Origin: a candidate division TM6 bacterium GW2011_GWF2_28_16
Lineage (GTDB): Bacteria > Patescibacteriota > Microgenomatia > UBA1400 > PJMF01
NCBI GenBank assembly: GCA_001029715.1
Contig: CP011212.1
Location: 530,173 to 594,172, forward strand
DNA length: 64,000 nucleotides
Direction of reading: 5' to 3'
This document shows positions 51,119-59,112 of the stretch, one piece after another (within the stretch, counting starts at the first letter, position 1; every line of letters begins with the position of its first letter). Below the pieces are notes generated by a model, which had not been told where the DNA came from, did no database searches, and was given only the letters and a program-made list of their open reading frames with translations. The position numbers were made by a program, and so were the translations under genes.

Positions 51119-52918
51119 TTACTGACCGAGAACTATGACGGCGTCATAAAGATCGCTAGTATCTTCCTTCTCGATCTCAGTATTAAGTATTAAAGTTAAA
51201 GAAGTAGCTTTTTCTAACTCCTTGAGCAAGGCTTGATTGCTAGGATTATCTTCCTTAACTAGAAGATAATCAGCTTCTTCATAAATACCTTTGGCGTTTT
51301 TGGCACTCACATCTTCAAATTCAGCGTCTTTCACCTGAGTAACAACGGTAGAAGCATAACCAGCCTTGGTGGTGGCATTTACTACCAAAAGTTTATAGTC
51401 AGCTTTAGTAATTTCAGGTAAAGGCTCTGGAGTGGGGGTAGCAGTTGTCTCAGGGGTAACTTCTGTGGCTACTTCAACTACAGGCTTATTATTCTCACCC
51501 CGATTGGTCCATTGTAGGTAAGCCAAGCCAAGCCCAACGCCTAGAGCAATGGTTACTACAAAACTCAAGAAGCCAATGAAAAACATTTTTGTGACAGATG
51601 AGCCATCATTGCGATTCTTAATTAGTTTTTTCTCTGGAATTTCTGACATTTTAGCAATTTCTTTGTCATTTTTAGACAAGTTTTCTTCTGATTTAGGTTT
51701 TTGATCTTTATTAAAAACTGAAGGGTCAAGCGCTAAATTAGCGAATTGACTAAAATCTACTTCTTTTTCTTCTACTTGGGTCTGTTTTTCTGGCATAGTT
51801 ACCTTTTCGATTGTTTCTATTTTTTTAGTTTTTTCGACTTCAATTTCTATTTTTTCAGAAGTTTCTTCTTTTTTAATTTCTGATTCAGTCTCGCTCTCTA
51901 GCTCAGCCTCTTCATCCAAACTCTCCACAGCTATTTTAGCTTCTTTAACACCTGGCATAGTAATTGGAGAAGGCAAAGTAGCAGCGCCACCAATAATTGC
52001 TGGTTTAACTAAATTATTTAGATCTTCATCTTCTTCATCTTTTTTGCTCTCTGAAGATTCTTTAGCTTGATAATCTTTGTCCAAAGAAAATTGAGGTAAT
52101 AAAAACTCAGGAATAGAAAATGTTTTAGCACCTGCTTCAATAATTTGTCTCACATATGAAGGCATACTCTCGTTTTCACTGGCTAAATCGGCTAACTGCT
52201 GAACTGGAAGAGTTTCCTTGAGTTTCTCTTTGATGGCATCATCAACCAGACTATTAGTCATTAAGTAAACAGTCTGTAAACTCGACTCAGCTCCTTTGAG
52301 AGTTTTAACCGTTTCAGCAAAATTTTCCCCATCAGCGACTGGAACTGCGTAACATTGATCAACACCAATATAATGTTCAGCCAAAAATAGATGATCGCCC
52401 ATTTGCAAAATAGCTACTGAAGGCTCAAGACTAATAATTGATTTACTGGTCCAACTAAGTGGAGAAATGGAATCAATTTTAATATCTTTATGATCGGCGA
52501 GAATTTTAGACAAAGGAGCAACTACTGATTTTTCCAAAGCAGTTAGTTGAACTTTAAAAGCTCCCTTGTAATTACTTAAGACTGTCGTATCTAAATAATA
52601 ATCTTCGCTATTAATACCCAATTCTGGAAGTAATTTATTATTTAAATGTTCTTTGACTGCTTCTTCGCTGTCTAATTCCAGGTTAACAATAGTGCTGGTA
52701 AAAAGAAAATCTGGTAAAACTATTTTATAGCTACCAGCTTCTATCTTGGAAAATAATTTAATTAAGTTCGCTTCCAACAAATTGCTCTCATCTAAAAACT
52801 CACCATTGATCTGGCGAAAATCAGATAAGACAAAATCATGGGCTTTTTTGCCAGGAATTAATTTAGCGATATAAGCCAAATCAGATAGGATATAAAGTAA
52901 ACGAGTGTCTGTGGGCAT
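51119..52918 (-). CDS. Bitopic protein with C-terminal LytR_C domain
   Basis: TM then VVNATTKAGYA...DAVIVLG; long acidic linker; ATG follows TTGCAC-17-TATAAT. Confidence 0.75.
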   Translation of the reverse strand: MPTDTRLLYILSDLAYIAKLIPGKKAHDFVLSDFRQINGEFLDESNLLEANLIKLFSKIEAGSYKIVLPDFLFTSTIVNLELDSEEAVKEHLNNKLLPELGINSEDYYLDTTVLSNYKGAFKVQLTALEKSVVAPLSKILADHKDIKIDSISPLSWTSKSIISLEPSVAILQMGDHLFLAEHYIGVDQCYAVPVADGENFAETVKTLKGAESSLQTVYLMTNSLVDDAIKEKLKETLPVQQLADLASENESMPSYVRQIIEAGAKTFSIPEFLLPQFSLDKDYQAKESSESKKDEEDEDLNNLVKPAIIGGAATLPSPITMPGVKEAKIAVESLDEEAELESETESEIKKEETSEKIEIEVEKTKKIETIEKVTMPEKQTQVEEKEVDFSQFANLALDPSVFNKDQKPKSEENLSKNDKEIAKMSEIPEKKLIKNRNDGSSVTKMFFIGFLSFVVTIALGVGLGLAYLQWTNRGENNKPVVEVATEVTPETTATPTPEPLPEITKADYKLLVVNATTKAGYASTVVTQVKDAEFEDVSAKNAKGIYEEADYLLVKEDNPSNQALLKELEKATSLTLILNTEIEKEDTSDLYDAVIVLGQ

Positions 52919-53004
52919 ACCAAAATTATAACTTGAATAGTTTAGGAGTGCAAATAGGGTAAAAAGTTGATATAAAATTATGATAAACTGAGACAATTAA
53001 AGAT

Positions 53005-53778
53005 ATGGACATGGAATTAGAGTCACATGGTAATGAAAACACACTTGCTATCAAAAAAAGTGCTTCGGTTTTTCGTAATACATTGGCTTCAATTTTAGCC
53101 GAAGAATCACCGTTCGCCCGCGCTCCTTTTATTGCTAGAATCGCAGAAAAATATTTAGAAGATAAAAATCAATCTCGTTATTTCACCACCAAAGACGGTT
53201 TTGGTTCAAATATTATTATTCGCAATGGAATTGCGCAGCCTGATATTTATCTGAATATTCAGAAAGGACTAGAAAGTCGTAAAATAAGAAAAAGAGTTGC
53301 AATCCGACTTGATAAAAAAGATCCTACTGATGATGAAGTATTTTATTTTGCTGTTGGACACGAGCTCGGTCATTTAATCCAAGGTTTAGCCGATTATGTA
53401 TCTATGGCAGATCAAAATGTGAGTGGCATGACTGAAGCACAAATTAACGAAAAAAAACGACAGGTTGATGAATACAATAAAAATATTGATGAAAACAAGG
53501 ATATTAAAGATGCTCAAGATTTTTTCCGATCAATTTTTAAGAAAGATATTAATCGTGGGTTCAATGAGGCATATATAGACGTAAGCAATTACACAGACGA
53601 AACTTACTTAAGCTATATTAATTCTGAAGCAGAGGCAAATGCAGACTTCATCTCATTATGGATTATAGGCATGGAAAACCCAGATATAAGAACTTCTCCA
53701 CAAAACGAAGGCTATCTTATTGAAGATTGGCATAGATGGATGGAGGACCACAAAATCAACACAACTCAATTAGCTTAA
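53005..53778 (+). CDS. Putative HExxH zinc metallopeptidase
   Basis: AVGHELGHLIQ and downstream EAEANADFIS. Confidence 0.6.
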   Translation: MDMELESHGNENTLAIKKSASVFRNTLASILAEESPFARAPFIARIAEKYLEDKNQSRYFTTKDGFGSNIIIRNGIAQPDIYLNIQKGLESRKIRKRVAIRLDKKDPTDDEVFYFAVGHELGHLIQGLADYVSMADQNVSGMTEAQINEKKRQVDEYNKNIDENKDIKDAQDFFRSIFKKDINRGFNEAYIDVSNYTDETYLSYINSEAEANADFISLWIIGMENPDIRTSPQNEGYLIEDWHRWMEDHKINTTQLA

Positions 53779-53823
53779 ACGAAGATATTTGACTTTTCAT
53801 CCATACCAGCGCTCAATTTATAA

Positions 53824-53849
53824 AAAAATACGGACATGTCCGTATTTTT
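53824..53849. terminator. Bidirectional terminator (26-bp perfect palindrome)
   Basis: AAAAATACGGACATGTCCGTATTTTT between convergent CDS and tRNA-Lys. Confidence 0.75.
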
Positions 53850-53856
53850 CTATATG

Positions 53857-53930
53857 TGAGTCCGGTGGGACTCGAACCCACGACGCACAGCTTAAAAGGC
53901 TGTCGCTCTAACCGACTGAGCTACGGACCC
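53857..53930 (-). tRNA. tRNA-Lys(TTT)
   Basis: ACAGC-CTTTTAA-GCTGT; G2:U71; promoter TTGCAA-17-TATAAT. Confidence 0.96.
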
Positions 53931-54007
53931 ATGTTAAAAACAAGTTATTATATTTCAGACCATCCTTTTTTGCAAAACAAGAAAAAGGAGCTGGTATGAA
54001 ATAAGAG

Positions 54008-54577
54008 CTAATCATTAACTCTAGAAACATAATCTGCGGTTTCAGTGTCAATCAATAAGGTGTCGCCAGTTTTAATAAAAAGAGGGGCCTGAACAATCAA
54101 TCCGCTTTCCATAGTAACTGGTTTCTTGCCTGCAGTTTGACGATCTCCAGAAATAGCATCTTGAGCATCGGAAACAGTCATTCTTACTTTTGGTGGTAAA
54201 ACTACACCGATAACAGCCTCTTCATAAACAGTTAAATAAACTTTAATGTCAGAAGTTAACATTAGGGCTTTGTCATCTAAAATACTTCTCGGCACTGTCA
54301 TCTGTTCGTAAGAACGAGGATCCATAAAAACAATTTCATTACCATCATGGTATAAAAATTGCATTTCTTTGGTTTCAACATCTAATTCTTCGACATTATC
54401 GTGAGATTTAAAATTAAATTCCAAATTAGAACCATTGCGCATGTCGCGCATTTTAACTCTGGTAAAAGCTGAGCCTTTGCCTGGAGAAACGAACTGAGTC
54501 TTCACTACATAATGAGGAAGGTTTTTATATAAAATATAAATACCTTTTTTGATGTTGCCTGCTTTTATGGTTGACAT
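54008..54577 (-). CDS. efp: Elongation factor P
   Basis: SPGKGSAF loop, QFLY, APLFIKTGD. Confidence 0.97.
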   Translation of the reverse strand: MSTIKAGNIKKGIYILYKNLPHYVVKTQFVSPGKGSAFTRVKMRDMRNGSNLEFNFKSHDNVEELDVETKEMQFLYHDGNEIVFMDPRSYEQMTVPRSILDDKALMLTSDIKVYLTVYEEAVIGVVLPPKVRMTVSDAQDAISGDRQTAGKKPVTMESGLIVQAPLFIKTGDTLLIDTETADYVSRVND

Positions 54578-54609
54578 AGATTGCGATATTCTACACCAGA
54601 CAACATTAG

Positions 54610-55674
54610 TTAATCAAGAAATGCTTCGCTGGCTGGGAAAAATAAGGTTTGATCGATATTGCTTACATCTGCAAAAAGCATAATTAGGCGATCTATTCCC
54701 ACTGCCATACCGCTGGATTCTGGCAATCCAAATTCCAGTGCAGTAAGAAAATCTTGGTCGATTTTATGATCTTTTTTGCCTAGTTCTTTGCGCAAAAGCA
54801 TATCTGCTTCAAGACGTTTTTTTTGTTCCTTAGGATCAATTAACTCACCGAAGGCATTGCCTAGTTCCATGCCCGCTAAATAAACTTCAAAACGTTCGGC
54901 AAAACGTGGATCACTAGCTTTTTTTCTAGCTAAAGCCGCCTGAGGAGTAGGATAGTCATAAACAATCACTGGCTTATTAAAAGCAGCTAATTTACTTTCA
55001 ATTTCATTTAAAAACAATTGATTATAGAGTTCTTCCCAAGCTAAATCGGCTGATAATGACTCAAGACCACTAAGATCGTAGCCCAAGCTTTGCGCTTTTT
55101 GACGCAAAAACTCAAGATTTAGAAGCTGATCAGCATTTAAATGCAAATACTTTTCAAATAACTCTGCTACGGAAAATTTCAAATATGGTGAAGTTAAATC
55201 AAAAGTGCACCCCTGATAAACAACTTTTTTGGCATTAAGCGATAGAGCTTGGCAAATAAAAGCCATCATCGCCTCGAAATCATTCATCACATCAAGATAA
55301 TTAGCATTAGCACGATAAAATTCCAAAATAGTAAATTCAGGATTGTGCTTTCCACCCAAGCTCTCTTGATTACGAAAAGTTTTACAAATTTGAAAAATAT
55401 TACCCAAACCAGCAGCTAAAAGTTTCTTCATTGAATATTCAGGACTAGTCAATAAATAAGCTTGTTTTTTTTGACCATCTGGCAACTCTAAACTAGTTTC
55501 AAAAAGGTTGAGATAGGGCTCGGCCCCTGGGCAACTAGCTAAAAGAGGAGTTTCTACCTCATGAAAAGCTTGTCCTTTGAAAAACAAACGAACAGCATCA
55601 ATGACTTTTTCACGCATCAAAAAACGCTCAGCTAGTGAGGGAGTTTCTTTAATTTTTTGCCAGTTCTTCTTCAT
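54610..55674 (-). CDS. epmA: EF-P lysine lysyltransferase EpmA (GenX/PoxA)
   Basis: LysRS2 catalytic domain only: TSPEYSMKKLL, HNPEFT, ERFE, GIDRL; adjacent to efp. Confidence 0.93.
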   Translation of the reverse strand: MKKNWQKIKETPSLAERFLMREKVIDAVRLFFKGQAFHEVETPLLASCPGAEPYLNLFETSLELPDGQKKQAYLLTSPEYSMKKLLAAGLGNIFQICKTFRNQESLGGKHNPEFTILEFYRANANYLDVMNDFEAMMAFICQALSLNAKKVVYQGCTFDLTSPYLKFSVAELFEKYLHLNADQLLNLEFLRQKAQSLGYDLSGLESLSADLAWEELYNQLFLNEIESKLAAFNKPVIVYDYPTPQAALARKKASDPRFAERFEVYLAGMELGNAFGELIDPKEQKKRLEADMLLRKELGKKDHKIDQDFLTALEFGLPESSGMAVGIDRLIMLFADVSNIDQTLFFPASEAFLD

Positions 55675-55692
55675 GAGGAGGCTATTATATCG

Positions 55693-56652
55693 CTAAAAGC
55701 CAGTTGTTTTGAGAGAAACGTAAATAAGATATAAAAAGAGGATTAGTAAAGATTCGTTTCTCTCAAGCTTATTCTTGGTTAAAATAAATAAAACCACCAC
55801 TACAACACTAAAGAGCAAATAAGGAATGTCGAATTCCACCAGTCGTCTCTCGACATTCCAGCCAGCAATTGCCGCGCCACTGCCTAAAGCCACAAAAACA
55901 TTAACCACTACACTGCCCACCAAATTACTGACTGATAAAGCCAAGGCACCTTTAATGGCAGCGTTAATGGAAATAATTAACTCTGGTAAACTTGAGCCAA
56001 AACCTAAAATTAAAATGCCTACCGTCGCTTCACTGATACCCAGCTGACTGGCAAGTATGACTCCTTTGCTTAGAACCATTGAGGAAGCTTTGGCAATGAC
56101 AACTAAACCTAAAATTAATTTAAATATATCTTGCCATTTAATTTTACGACGAGCTATCTTTCCTTTTATTTTACTATGCAACTTTTCCATAAAGCTACGT
56201 CGACTAAGAAAAAGAATGTACATTAGATAAAAAAGAATGGAAAGCAAACCTTCCTGTCTGGAAATAAGACCATCCTGAGCCATTACATAAAGAGCCACTA
56301 CGGCAGCCACTGAAAAAGCAGAGTCAAGAAAAACACGATTTTTGTGAAAATTCATCACTTTGAGCAGCCCGGCTAAAGCCAAAACTAGGGTTAATTGATT
56401 AATTGAAGAACCAAGAACATTGCCCACAACAATGGAGGAAGGATCGGATTGACCAGACAGCTTTTGAATTGCGCCAGTAAAAGACATGGTGATTTCTGGA
56501 AAACTAGTCCCAAGAGCAACAATAGTTAGACCAACAAAGCCCTCTGACAAGACTAATGATTTGGCAATTTTGATAGCTGATCTGGTGATTAGTTCAGCAC
56601 CGATCCATAAGCCAATGATTGACGCGAAAAGAATAAGCAGGTCTGTAAACAT
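55693..56652 (-). CDS. Ca2+/Na+ antiporter (CaCA, YrbG-like)
   Basis: Two alpha repeats GTSFPE / GSSLPE with GNVLGS / SNLVGS. Confidence 0.92.
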   Translation of the reverse strand: MFTDLLILFASIIGLWIGAELITRSAIKIAKSLVLSEGFVGLTIVALGTSFPEITMSFTGAIQKLSGQSDPSSIVVGNVLGSSINQLTLVLALAGLLKVMNFHKNRVFLDSAFSVAAVVALYVMAQDGLISRQEGLLSILFYLMYILFLSRRSFMEKLHSKIKGKIARRKIKWQDIFKLILGLVVIAKASSMVLSKGVILASQLGISEATVGILILGFGSSLPELIISINAAIKGALALSVSNLVGSVVVNVFVALGSGAAIAGWNVERRLVEFDIPYLLFSVVVVVLFILTKNKLERNESLLILFLYLIYVSLKTTGF

Positions 56653-56734
56653 CTCTTGTCTATTAAAGCAGAAAAAGAGGGTGGAGGGCAAGAAGAGGAG
56701 AGATGTTGAGCAAAAATTGGGGTGAAAAAATTAC

Positions 56735-56801
56735 AAAAAAACCACTCTTAAAAGTGGCTTTTTTAGATTTGGGTAATTCCCCGACTTCATTTGCGAAACT
56801 A
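56735..56801 (-). ncRNA. Candidate antisense sRNA complementary to the tRNA-like RNA
   Basis: TTGAAA-16-TAGAAT promoter (56835-30, 56813-08); 34 nt complementary to 56871-56910; terminator GCCACT-TTTAAG-AGTGGT-T6. Confidence 0.7.
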
Positions 56802-56858
56802 GCTATCATTCTACATATTTTTTTTAAAATTTCAAGTTTAGTTTTAAACTTTTATTAT

Positions 56859-56930
56859 TGGTGGACCGGAGGGGAATCAAACCCCCAAACCTCATTTCGC
56901 AAACGAAGTCACACACCAGTGCTCCGGCCC
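56859..56930 (-). ncRNA. Atypical tRNA-like RNA (Ala acceptor identity, GCG loop, encoded CCA)
   Basis: Acceptor GGGCCGG/CCGGTCC-A-CCA; T arm GGGGG-TTTGATT-CCCCT; loop TTGCGAA; reduced D arm. Confidence 0.85.
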
Positions 56931-56975
56931 TACCTTTATTATCTAAGGAGTAGATTGCAAGAAGTGTGATGAAAA

Positions 56976-57056
56976 GAGGATTGGGATTTGGAGCGGGTGT
57001 CGCCCTACAGGCACTAGGCGGGACTTTCAGTCTCGCCGTCGCCAGAATCAATCCTC
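56976..57056. ncRNA. Unidentified GC-rich structured RNA (strand uncertain)
   Basis: Closing helix GAGGATTG/CAATCCTC with two internal hairpins. Confidence 0.6.
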
Positions 57057-57077
57057 ACTTTGTTCTACCACATTCAA

Positions 57078-57113
57078 ATAAAAAAAACGACTCTTCCGAG
57101 TCGTCTTTTTTAT
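57078..57113. terminator. Bidirectional terminator 3' of tRNA-Gly(TCC)
   Basis: A-tract-ACGACTC-TTCC-GAGTCGT-C-T-tract. Confidence 0.8.
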
Positions 57114-57116
57114 TTG

Positions 57117-57187
57117 AGCGGGTGACCAGAATCGGACTGGCTTCTTCTCCTTGGAAGGGAGACATACTACCGGTGTACTACACCCGC
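57117..57187 (-). tRNA. tRNA-Gly(TCC)
   Basis: TCTCC-CTTCCAA-GGAGA; U73; T-loop TCCGATT. Confidence 0.93.
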
Positions 57188-57262
57188 GTTTCTTAATATA
57201 GCAGAATTTGGCTATTTTCTGTAGTTTACAATACTTGAGTAAGAAGCAAAATAGGTAAATGT

Positions 57263-58258
57263 TTAGAACTCTAAATTTTCAAAGGATTTGAGAGCTTTTT
57301 GTAAAGAAAATAGCTGGACGGTGGGATTATCTGAGGCGTCAAAAAAACTGAAAGAGGCGAAGGGGCCGGGGCTACCTTTCATCAAAAAAGGCGTCACTGC
57401 TTTGACTCTATCATCGCTCCAAATATGCTGTAATGCATACAGATAGTAATCATCCAAATAGTAGTTGGTGAGATACGAAGAGGCCCAACCGGTTTCGGTA
57501 ATGAAAACGTTGAAATCTTTGCCGGTCTTGTTTTTAAGCCAATTCAATTCATAGGTAAAACCATGGATAGAATTTTGTCCCGTTTTGACAGGCGAGGCGG
57601 CAAAATCTGGATTGGGATAAGAATGAGAATTCCAGTAATCAATGTTGTCAAAAATATGATTGTCAAAATCATAGAGACTTTGCAGATAAGAAAAAGCCTC
57701 TCTCGTATTGACACTATTATTAGCTGCTAAATCCATGGCGGCGGGCAAAATTCGGTAGGTATAATTCTCGCTGTGAAACCAATTACTGGTAAATTTCAAA
57801 ATACTACCATAGAGCAGGGGATCGATTTTGCCACCCCATTCAGAAGCATGATTAACTTCATTAAAAACAATAATAAATTTCTCATTTTGATGCCAATCTA
57901 ATCTGGATAGAAAATTTGACATATCAATAATATTTTTACGGCTAGGGATAATCCAAGCATTAATCTTAGGATCAAAGCGCGTAGTTAAGCGTAAAATAGG
58001 GATAACGCGCAATTTATATGCCTCGTCAAAAAACTTTTGCCATTGCGAATATTTTTCTAAATCATCTAAGGTAAAAGGGATGGTCACGAAGCGCCATTCT
58101 TCATCTAGATAAATTTGCCTAAATTTATCTAGTTCACCAGTATGCAAAATATGAATCCCCATAGCACGACCATCAGCAGCTTGAGCTTTAGCAACAAAAA
58201 AAACAAGAAAAAAGATTGATAAATAAATAGTTTTTTTGATAATATTTCTAAAACACAT
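57263..58258 (-). CDS. Secreted glycoside hydrolase, clan GH-A-like
   Basis: Signal peptide; FNEVN (acid/base), SHSYP, ITETGW (nucleophile). Confidence 0.75.
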   Translation of the reverse strand: MCFRNIIKKTIYLSIFFLVFFVAKAQAADGRAMGIHILHTGELDKFRQIYLDEEWRFVTIPFTLDDLEKYSQWQKFFDEAYKLRVIPILRLTTRFDPKINAWIIPSRKNIIDMSNFLSRLDWHQNEKFIIVFNEVNHASEWGGKIDPLLYGSILKFTSNWFHSENYTYRILPAAMDLAANNSVNTREAFSYLQSLYDFDNHIFDNIDYWNSHSYPNPDFAASPVKTGQNSIHGFTYELNWLKNKTGKDFNVFITETGWASSYLTNYYLDDYYLYALQHIWSDDRVKAVTPFLMKGSPGPFASFSFFDASDNPTVQLFSLQKALKSFENLEF

Positions 58259-58307
58259 TTCTAAATTTATTCTAACACGAAAGATCCAATGCTATACTAA
58301 GGCAGAG

Positions 58308-58970
58308 ATGAAAAAATTCTTCTTTGTTTTTAGTTGGTTACTTCTATCTACCTCTGCTGTTCTAATTGGTACTTCTGCCTATAGTTTTTATTTTCTAGCC
58401 AAAGATAACTCTCTCTCTAAATTTGAACTCACTCAAACTCCCAAAATCCAAAGTCCACAAGAATCTAAAAATCCCTCAATGCTCGTCACTACTGTTATGG
58501 AAAGCGAAGACGCCAGGGGTCAAATTATTGCTCAATTTTTGGAAAGATATAATTCGCCAATGGAACCATATGACTTCTATGGTAAAAAAATTGTCGAAAT
58601 TGCCGACCGTTATCAAATCGATTTCAGACTATTACCAGCCATTGCTATGCAAGAATCTGGTTTATGTAAAAATCAAAACCCAGACGCTCCCCACAACTGT
58701 CTAGGCTTTGGTATTCATAAATCAGGCACTCTAGACTTTGACAGCTATGAAGATGGTTTTGAGCGAGCAGGTCGGGAACTTAAGGCTTACTACATCGATA
58801 AAGGCTTAGTTACTGTTGAGCAAATTGAAAGTAAATACACTCCCTCCAGCAATGGCTCTTGGGCAAATTCGGTTAATCAGTGGATGGCGGAAATGCGTTT
58901 TGATGATCGCCAGATGGGTAGAGAAAACAAAGATAATGCCAGCGTAATAGAGTTCGCCAAGGAAAAGTAG
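58308..58970 (+). CDS. Membrane-anchored lysozyme-like/glucosaminidase-domain protein
   Basis: TM; IDFRLLPAIAMQESG, NCLGFG, KYTP..W...V. Confidence 0.75.
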   Translation: MKKFFFVFSWLLLSTSAVLIGTSAYSFYFLAKDNSLSKFELTQTPKIQSPQESKNPSMLVTTVMESEDARGQIIAQFLERYNSPMEPYDFYGKKIVEIADRYQIDFRLLPAIAMQESGLCKNQNPDAPHNCLGFGIHKSGTLDFDSYEDGFERAGRELKAYYIDKGLVTVEQIESKYTPSSNGSWANSVNQWMAEMRFDDRQMGRENKDNASVIEFAKEK

Positions 58971-59013
58971 TTCTCCAGGTTGACTATCTTATAATAATTG
59001 CTATAATACCTAT

Positions 59014-59087
59014 TAACTCAGAAGGTTACTCCTCACCAGGATCTACGTTCTGAGATCAAAAATCCCGTCTTTTAGGACGGGTTTTTT
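59014..59087 (+). ncRNA. Candidate orphan sRNA
   Basis: TTGACT-16-TGcTATAAT promoter (58980-59007), hairpin CTCAGAA/TTCTGAG, terminator CCCGTC/GACGGG-T6. Confidence 0.6.
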
Positions 59088-59112
59088 GTAACTGGGGTGC
59101 AAATTAACCAGA

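Noticed and set aside
53802-53998. 9-bp inverted repeat flanking tRNA-Lys
   Set aside because: Too short; the right copy belongs to a local hairpin after efp.
56859-56930. Reassignment of CGY codons to Ala
   Set aside because: CGT/CGC encode conserved Arg in ParB GERRW and TrpB GRPSP/SGRGD.
56945-57030. yybP-ykoY riboswitch for the Ca/Na antiporter
   Set aside because: Only fragments (GGAGTAG, GGCGRGAC); L3 motif missing, and orientation and intervening terminator do not fit.
56859-57056. Standard or permuted two-piece tmRNA
   Set aside because: Acceptor halves are in normal order 72 nt apart; no tag ORF or pseudoknots recognised.
56703-57196. ORFs 56703-56969, 56824-57051 and 56966-57196
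   Set aside because: They overlap RNA genes and terminators and have no protein motifs.
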